Made by a program: the position numbers and the translations under genes. The notes under the pieces were generated by a model. The model saw only the letters and a list, made by a program, of their open reading frames with translations, was not told the origin of the DNA and searched no databases. From positions 72 through 64,071 of the forward strand of contig JAGFJE010000061.1 of the NCBI GenBank assembly GCA_024103175.1: a stretch of 64,000 nt of DNA. Direction: 5' to 3'. Shown here piece by piece: positions 1 through 7,100 of this stretch. Within the stretch, counting starts at the first letter, position 1. Each line of letters begins with the position of its first letter. This stretch comes from Phaeodactylibacter sp. (GTDB taxonomy: Bacteria; Bacteroidota; Bacteroidia; Chitinophagales; Saprospiraceae).

Positions 1-108
1 GCGTTTCTAAAAAAGAGAAGAAAGGCTTTTCCAAAGCTGCTTCTTCAGCACGATAGACAACTTGGTTATCGCCGGCGTTTTGTCGGTTTAAACCAATTAA
101 GTAACTGA

Positions 109-152
109 AAAGAGCTTTCTTCGTTTCCGCGGAGAAAGCTCTTTCCCTTTTT
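109..152 (+). terminator. Candidate intrinsic terminator hairpin for an upstream plus-strand gene
   Basis: 12-bp perfect stem AAAGAGCTTTCT (109-120) / AGAAAGCTCTTT (133-144), 12-nt loop, followed by CCCTTTTT. It lies before the first ORF of the window. Confidence 0.5.
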
Positions 153-255
153 AGTGAAATGAAGGAATGATTGATAGAATGATCGAATAGCCGGGCTGCC
201 AGTCATTCCTTCCCCGTCTTCGTACCTCGGCCGGGTAAAATTCCTTCAATCCACC

Positions 256-1272
256 ATGCTCACCCACGAAGAACGACAACTCCTCCTCCTCCTGGGCTGG
301 TTCCGCCGCCATTATGCCCTCTACCTGGGCCTGAGCCGGGAGCGCCCGGCCACGCGGGAAAGCCTCCTGCAGTTCGGCCTCGCCTGGTTCGGCGAACACC
401 TGCTTGGCATTGAGCCGGCTTTTTCCAGCCTGGAACATAAAGGCCTGATCCGGCTAACCAAAGCCGGATACGAATTCAGGGAGGAGGGCCTTGCCCGCTT
501 TGCCGAACTGGACGTCTCCGAGACCTTCTACCGCTACGAGTACGACAATTTCTTCACCCTTTCGGAAAACAGCCCGGCCCATGCCCGTTTCTGCGAGCGC
601 GTATACGGGGAGAACCTCAATCAGCACGGCCTGGCGGATACGGAGGAGCTGCAGCAATTGCTTTCCTTTGTGAAAATACAAGAAGAGGCTGATGTGCTTG
701 ACCTCGGCTGCGGCAAGGGCCTGATCACCGATTACCTCCAACGCCACAGCGGCGCCCGTTTCCTGGGGGTAGACATTTCTCCGGAGGCCATCCGCCGGGC
801 AGGGCAGATCCCCAATCCTCAGTTGTCCTTTCGGGTAGCGAATATGAATGCGCTGTCTCTCCCCGAGCGGTTCGATCTCATCACCGCTGTCGATACCTTA
901 TATTACGCGGCCGATCTCCGGAAAACAGTGGAGGACTGCCTTTCTCACCTGCATCCCGGCGGGGTTTTCGCCTGCTTCTTCTCGCAGTGGATATCCGAAG
1001 AGGGAGAAAAGCCTTTGCTGGAAGGCAACAATACCGGCCTGGCGCAGGTTTTTAATGCACTGGGCCTGCCTTTCGAATTTCTGGATATCTCGGATTCCGG
1101 CCGCCGGCACTGGCGCCGCAAACGGGACGCCCTCCTGGCCATGCGCCCGGATTTCGAGGCCGAAGGCAGCCTGGCCCTCTGGGATTACCGCTTCCGGGAG
1201 GCCAACCGCTATGCGGAGTGGAGAAGTGACTTTTATTCACGGTATATTTGTAAGGTGCGGAGAGCCGCCTGA
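256..1272 (+). CDS. Class I SAM-dependent methyltransferase with a ~110-aa N-terminal extension (possibly winged-helix-like)
   Basis: 338-aa ORF with SAM-binding motif I VLDLGCGKGLITDYL, then FLGVDISPEAI and DLITAVDTLYY. The N-terminal part has no motif I can name. Confidence 0.8.
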   Translation: MLTHEERQLLLLLGWFRRHYALYLGLSRERPATRESLLQFGLAWFGEHLLGIEPAFSSLEHKGLIRLTKAGYEFREEGLARFAELDVSETFYRYEYDNFFTLSENSPAHARFCERVYGENLNQHGLADTEELQQLLSFVKIQEEADVLDLGCGKGLITDYLQRHSGARFLGVDISPEAIRRAGQIPNPQLSFRVANMNALSLPERFDLITAVDTLYYAADLRKTVEDCLSHLHPGGVFACFFSQWISEEGEKPLLEGNNTGLAQVFNALGLPFEFLDISDSGRRHWRRKRDALLAMRPDFEAEGSLALWDYRFREANRYAEWRSDFYSRYICKVRRAA

Positions 1273-1400
1273 TCCGGTTTACTATTTCCTCTGCGTGTTC
1301 CGCTTACCACAGGGAGCGCAGAAAAGCGCGGAGGATAGTCTCTATCCTCCCCGTGGCGAAGCAAAACGGGCCACTTCTTCGTTTTAATAAAAACCTAACC

Positions 1401-1787
1401 ATGAAACGACAACTCATCTCCTCCGGCGCCCCCTGGGAAGCCACCGTCGGCTATTCCCGGGCAGTGAAAGTGGGCAGCCACATCTACGTTGCCGGCACCA
1501 CGGCCGCAGACGAGCAAGGCGCCACCGTTAGCCCGGACGACGCCTATGCCCAGACAAAGTACATCTTCGAAAAAATCGGCAGGGCACTGGAGGCTGCCGG
1601 CGCCTCCTTGGAAAATGTCGTCCGCACCCGCATGTTCGTCACCGATATCACCCAGTGGGAAGCCATCGGGCGGGCCCACGGGGAGGTATTCCGGAACATT
1701 CGCCCCGCCGCCACTATGGTGGAGGTGAACCGCCTGATCGGCCATGGCATGCTGGTGGAGATCGAGGTGGATGCGGTGGTTGGGTGA
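1401..1787 (+). CDS. RidA/YjgF/TdcF-family protein
   Basis: Family-typical segments GYSRAVKVGSHIYVAGTTA, VRTRMFVTDI and MVEVNRLIGHGMLVEIEVDAV. ATG at 1401 (MKRQLISS) is preferred to the ORF-track start at 1353. Confidence 0.8.
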   Translation: MKRQLISSGAPWEATVGYSRAVKVGSHIYVAGTTAADEQGATVSPDDAYAQTKYIFEKIGRALEAAGASLENVVRTRMFVTDITQWEAIGRAHGEVFRNIRPAATMVEVNRLIGHGMLVEIEVDAVVG

Positions 1788-2018
1788 CTGAGTTGGTTGG
1801 TTGATAGGCTATGGCGGGGCTCGCCGGGGTTAATTGGGTTGATTGAGTAGGCCAGCTCTTGTGGCACAGGGATTGCGTGGCCCAATCAACTCAATCATCT
1901 GATCAACCAATTTTACCCAGAGCTTGCCGAGAGGGCAATCAATAAGCAGTTCATTTCACATCCCTGCCGTTCCAGGTTTGGCCTTCGACAACAATATTTT
2001 TCCCCCCAGCGTTTATCT

Positions 2019-2067
2019 AAGTGTCAGGCTCACTCAATAGTCCAGCGCTGGCGTGAGGCTGACACTT
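2019..2067 (+). promoter_or_regulatory. Nested palindrome in the leader of the OmpA-family gene
   Basis: Arms AAGTGTCAGGCTCAC (2019-2033) and GTGAGGCTGACACTT (2053-2067), 14/15 complementary. They enclose the perfect 10-bp palindrome CCAGCGCTGG (2042-2051). The element ends 15 nt before the ATG at 2082. Confidence 0.4.
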
Positions 2068-2081
2068 AAACAAAATCTAAT

Positions 2082-4058
2082 ATGGCCCGGAATTTCACAA
2101 TACTCGCCTTTATCATCGCACTGATCACCGCCTGCACCTACACCATGAAGGTGCGCGACGGCCGCACCGCTGTGGACGTCAAACAATACGCCGTTGCAGT
2201 GGATCTCTTACAGAAAGAATACGACAAGGCCAAGAGCCGCGTCGAGCAGGGGAGGATCGCCTTCCTGTTGGGGGAGTCCTACAAGCGCCTCAATAAGAGC
2301 GACCAGTCTATCCGCTGGTACCGCATCGCCTATGACAACCAGTACGGGGTGGATGCGCTGAAGGAATTCGCTTACGCCCTCAAACGGGCGGAACGATACG
2401 AGGAAGCCATGCGCGCCTTCAAAGACCTGGGCATCGAGATCGGCAGCCCCTACGAATATCGCCGGGAGATCAGCGCCTGCCAGATCGCTCAGGGGTGGAA
2501 AGATCTGCCGCCGGAGTACGAGATAGAGGTGCTCAGCTTCAATACCGGCAATGCCGATTACTCGCCGGTAATATACAAAGACAATAAACTGGTGATCACC
2601 TCCGACCGCTCCGCCAGCACCGGGGATGAGATCTATAACTGGACCGGCAACGCCTATTCCGACCTTTTCCTGGTAGACCTGAACTCGAACAGCGTCACCG
2701 GTTTCGACAATAACCTCAATACCGATAATAACGAAGGCGCCGCCGCTTTCACCAAAGATTTTTCCGAGGCCTATTTCACCCGCTGCTTCAGCAAAGACAA
2801 ATACGAGGATGCCTACTGCAAGCTGATGATCAGCGAAGGGGCCGGTAATACCTGGTCGGCGCCCCGCCCTCTGCCCTTCATCGAGGACGGGGTCAACTAC
2901 GTGCATCCCAGCATTTCCGCCGACGGCAATACCCTCTATTTCTCCAGCGACCATCCCGACGGCTGGGGGGGCTATGACCTTTACTTTGTGGAACGCGAGG
3001 GCGACGGAGACTGGGGCCTGCCTCAACTGCTCGGCCGCTCCATCAATACACCGGGTGATGAGAAGTTCCCCTTTATCGACGGCGATACCCTCTACTTCGC
3101 TTCCGACAGCCATACGGGTATGGGCGGGCTCGACATCTTCCGCACCTACCAACTCGGCAACGGCTCCTGGGCGCCCGCCTACAACCTCAAGGCCCCCATC
3201 AACTCTGGAAGAGACGATTTCGGCTATGTGATCGACTACAACGCCCCCAAACCGGAGGGCGTCCTGCAGGTGGGCTATTTCACTTCTACCCGCGAAGACG
3301 GAATCGGCGGGGACGATATCTACCGTTTTACCAAGGTCGTACCGCCTGAACCGCCGGTGGTGGAAGTACCGGAAGAGATCGAATACAAACTCATCCTGGA
3401 AGGTTTCGTCCTGGAAAAGATCTACAACAACCCCACCGACCCCAACAGTAAGGTGCTGGGCCGTAAGCCATTGCCCGGCTCGGAAGTGGCGATCCAGTTT
3501 GATAAAAAGAAGGAAACCGTTACGGTGGGAGAGGACGGCATGTTCCGCCTCGAACTGAAGGAAAATACCGACTACAACTTCCTCGCCTCGAAGGAGAACT
3601 ATCTCAAGAACGACGCCTTCTTTTCTACCATCGGCATCGGCCGCGACCCCAACAACCCGGTGCAAACCTTCGAACTCGAGATCGTCCTCGACAAGATCTT
3701 CCTCGATAAGGAGATCACCCTGGAGAATATCTACTACGATTTCGACAAGTGGGACATCCGCGCCGACGCTGAACCGACCCTCAATGAGCTGGCCCGCAAC
3801 CTGAAGCTCAACCCCGATATCCGCATCCAGCTGGGCTCCCACACCGACTGCCGGGGCGCCACCCGCTACAACGAAGACCTCTCCCAGAAGCGCGCCCAGT
3901 CGGCCGTGGACTACCTCATCGCCAGCGGTATCGACCCGGTCCGCCTCGTGGCCCGCGGCTACGGCGAAAGCCAGCCCGAAGTCGACTGCATCTGCGCCCG
4001 CTGCACCGAGGACGAACACCAGGCGAACCGAAGGACGACGTTCAAGATTATTGAGTAA
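2082..4058 (+). CDS. OmpA-family outer-membrane lipoprotein with TolB-like (PD40) beta-propeller repeats
   Basis: Lipoprotein signal (LITAC). Repeated ...G.TLYFSSD/FASD segments typical of PD40 repeats. C-terminal OmpA/MotB peptidoglycan-binding domain (IYYDFDKWDIR...LGSHTDCRG...YNEDLSQKRAQSAVDYL...RGYGESQP). Confidence 0.85.
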   Translation: MARNFTILAFIIALITACTYTMKVRDGRTAVDVKQYAVAVDLLQKEYDKAKSRVEQGRIAFLLGESYKRLNKSDQSIRWYRIAYDNQYGVDALKEFAYALKRAERYEEAMRAFKDLGIEIGSPYEYRREISACQIAQGWKDLPPEYEIEVLSFNTGNADYSPVIYKDNKLVITSDRSASTGDEIYNWTGNAYSDLFLVDLNSNSVTGFDNNLNTDNNEGAAAFTKDFSEAYFTRCFSKDKYEDAYCKLMISEGAGNTWSAPRPLPFIEDGVNYVHPSISADGNTLYFSSDHPDGWGGYDLYFVEREGDGDWGLPQLLGRSINTPGDEKFPFIDGDTLYFASDSHTGMGGLDIFRTYQLGNGSWAPAYNLKAPINSGRDDFGYVIDYNAPKPEGVLQVGYFTSTREDGIGGDDIYRFTKVVPPEPPVVEVPEEIEYKLILEGFVLEKIYNNPTDPNSKVLGRKPLPGSEVAIQFDKKKETVTVGEDGMFRLELKENTDYNFLASKENYLKNDAFFSTIGIGRDPNNPVQTFELEIVLDKIFLDKEITLENIYYDFDKWDIRADAEPTLNELARNLKLNPDIRIQLGSHTDCRGATRYNEDLSQKRAQSAVDYLIASGIDPVRLVARGYGESQPEVDCICARCTEDEHQANRRTTFKIIE

Positions 4059-4063
4059 TTGTT

Positions 4064-4098
4064 CAGATCTTCCAGATCTCCGAGACCTGGAAGATCTG
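4064..4098. terminator. Hairpin between convergent genes (possible bidirectional terminator)
   Basis: Perfect 12-bp stem CAGATCTTCCAG (4064-4075) / CTGGAAGATCTG (4087-4098) with an 11-nt loop. It sits in the 45-nt gap between stops at 4058 (+) and 4104 (-). There is no clear U-tract. Confidence 0.45.
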
Positions 4099-4103
4099 AA
4101 ACA

Positions 4104-7100
4104 CTACCACCCCACCACAAACCGCCCGCTATACACCAGCCGGCCTCCCGACCGCAGCACCAGCCAGTACGCGCCGGCCGGCAGCCGCCCGGCATCCATC
4201 TGTACCCGTTGTTCAGGCAGGGCGTCCAGCGGCCTTTCCAGCCACACCCGCCCCAGCGCATCCTGCACATACAGTTCCAGCGGCATCGCTTCGGTGAGCT
4301 GCAGCTCCAGCCACAGCTCTCCGGAAGTAGGGTTGGGAAACAGGTTGGCGCTGCGGACCAATTCCGTTTCATAGGTGGAGGAGACAATGACGCTGGCCGT
4401 GGCCTGGCAGCCGGCCTGGTCGGTGACAGTCAGGCTGTACTCCATTCCCACCACGACGGGGATCGTGGCGGTAGTGCCCCCCGTGCTCCAAAGAAAGCTG
4501 TAATCTGGGATACCACCCGTGACGATAGCCGTTGCCATCCCGCCCTGCTGCCCGTTGGGCGGGCTGATGTCGATGGAAATATTGATCCGCTCCGGTTCGG
4601 GCAGCTCGAATTCATATTCCCGTACGCAATTGTTGGAATCCCGAAGGATGAGCGCATAAGCACCTGCCTCCAGTTCATCCAGCCGGTTGGTGTCGGGCAT
4701 CGGGATGAGCATGCCTTCGAAGTACCACTCGAAGGAATAGGGCGGGCTGCCGCCGCTGATGCTGGCCTCAACGGCGCCGTCCGTTGCTCCGAAGCAGGAA
4801 ATGGTATCGGCCTCCACATTCACCTCCAGGACGGTAGCGGGCTCCTCCACCACGAAGTTGCCGAAAATGGCCTCACAGGTATCGGTATCGGTGACGGTGA
4901 GGCTGTAGGCGCCCGGCGGCAGGTTGCTGATGTCCCGGGTGGTGCGGCCGTTGTTCCAGGCGTAGGTGAAGGGGGGCGAACCGCCCAGCACCGTCAGGCT
5001 GATGGCGCCGTCGGCTTCTCCCTTGCATCGCACATGCTGAATGTTTACCAGGGTATCGCGGATGAGGGCGCTCACCGAGGGCACCGTGCCCATGACGGAA
5101 GCCGTGCAGCCGTGGGTGTCCGTTACATAGCCAATATACTTTCCGGCAGGCACATCCAGCAGGTCGCCACTGATGCCAACGAGGGTGTCCCGCTCATCGA
5201 ACCAGGTGTAAAAGTAGGGCGCAGTGCCGCCGGTAGCGGTGGTATAAATGCCGCCGTCGTTACTGGAAAAGCAGTTGACCTCCTCGATGCTGTCGCGGCG
5301 GAAGAAGAGCGGGGGCGGTTCGCTGAGGGGGAGCAGCGGGGAAATAGCGGTGCAGCCGGTGGCCTGGTCCGTCACCGTCACCCGGTAATTGCCCGCAGCG
5401 AGGCCGCAGATGGTGACGCTGTCGCCCACGTTCTGCCGGATGGCCCCATTGCTGAAATGGAAGCGGTAACCGGAATAGCCGCCGGAGACTACGGCGGTGG
5501 CGCAGCCGTCATCGGCTCCGTTACAACTCACCTGATCGACGGAGAACTGCTCCAGGCGGAAGGGCTCCACATTTTCATCCACCTTGATAGAAAGCGACTC
5601 TGCTGTACAGGCATTGGCGTCGGTAACGCTGAGCACATAGTCGGCCGGCTCCGGGCCCGCCAGGAAGGTGTTGGTGGAGCCGTTGCTCCATTGCAGGGCG
5701 TAGGGAGGCGACCCGCCGTTCACCTCAGCCGCCAGCTCCTGTACGGCGCCGCCCTCGCAGATGTCGTCGGCGGTAACGGTGATCCCGGCGGTCAGCGGCG
5801 GCGGCTGGCCCAGGGTGAAGGTGGTGTCGATGGGGCAGGAGTTGGCGTCCTGCACCAGCAGGCGGTAGTTGCCGGCAGGAATTCCAAAGAGGTCCTCCCC
5901 AGTATAGTTCTGCCCAACCCAGTTGTAGGCGTAGGGCGAGCTGCCGCCCCGAACGGTCACCTCGATGAAGCCGGTAGAATCGCCGAAGCAATTGATCTCG
6001 CCCACCCCTTCCAGGCCCAGCTCCAGCCGGGGCGGGCTCTCTATACTTATAGCCGGCGGAACGTGCCGGCAGCCGTTGGCGTCGCTGATGGTGACGATGT
6101 AGTCGCCGTCGGCCAGGTCCAGCCGCATAGCGCCGGTGGCGCCGTCGTTCCACCTGAACTCGACGGGCGGCTGGCCCGTTTGCAGCAGGTTGATGTCGAT
6201 CAGCCCGTCGCCGGTGCCGAAGCAGGTGGGCTGCACCACATTGGTATTGGCCTGAAACACCTGCAGGGCCGTCAGGACAATAGAGGTGTCATACAGGCAG
6301 CCTTCCCCATCCTCGATCCGGACGCAGTAATAACCGGTGTCCAGCCCGTTGATCACCGGGGTAGTGTCACCCCGGCACCAGGTGTAGGAAAAAGGCGGCA
6401 CGCCGTTGGGCTGAAGGCTGATGCTCCCGGTTTCCTGGCCGATGCAGCCAGGGGAAGCCACAGCAATATCCAGGTCGAGGATGGAAACGGCGGATAGCTC
6501 TACCGCCAGCGTATCCGGCGGGCAGTTGTTGGCGTCGGTGGCGTAGGCGTAGTAAGTTCCTACCGGCAGGTTCAACAAAAGGCTGTCGGTTCCGGGCTCG
6601 CTCCAGCCGTATTGGTAGGGCGGCGTTCCGCCGGAAGCTGCCACTGCGATCTCCCCGTTCTTATCTCCCACACATTCCGGCTGGACGATGTCTACAACCG
6701 ACAGGCCAACCGGAGCAGGTTCATTAAGAGAAAAGGGCCGGACGGACTGGCATCCGTTGAAGTCGGTAACTGTCAGCGTGTAATTTCCCCGCCTCAAATT
6801 GACGATGAGAGGGGCGTTACTTCCGTTGCTCCAGGTATATTGATAGGGGAGTGTTCCTCCTTGCGCACTGGCTTTAATGAAGCCGTCAGCCAGGCCATGG
6901 CAGGACGGAGCGGCCAGGGAGTCCGGCCCGACGGCCAGTTGAGGAGGGGCCGGCAGTGTGAATGTTCGGATGAGTGAACAATCATTGGCATCAGTGATGG
7001 TGACGGAATAGTTTCCCCCCATCAGGTTTCCTGCATTTGCACCGGCGCCGCCGGTGCTCCACAGAAAGGAATAGGGGGGCGTTCCGCCAAAGGCCTCGAG

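Noticed and set aside
1-100. Possible 3' end of a truncated plus-strand gene at the window start.
   Set aside because: The sequence is too short and multiple stops are present, so no reading frame could be supported. Only the following hairpin is reported.
4059-6497. 812-aa plus-strand ORF, and similar long antisense ORFs: 2208-4019 (-), 8871-10052 (+), 10416-11672 (+), 16260-17690 (+), 26710-28368 (+), 32379-34145 (+), 40883-42691 (+), 50933-54379 (-), 57409-58686 (-), 59069-60103 (-) and 61046-62110 (-).
   Set aside because: Each lies entirely antisense to a gene with strong family signatures. Their translations are Arg/Gly/Ala/Pro-rich low-complexity strings with no motifs. These are typical shadow ORFs of high-GC DNA.
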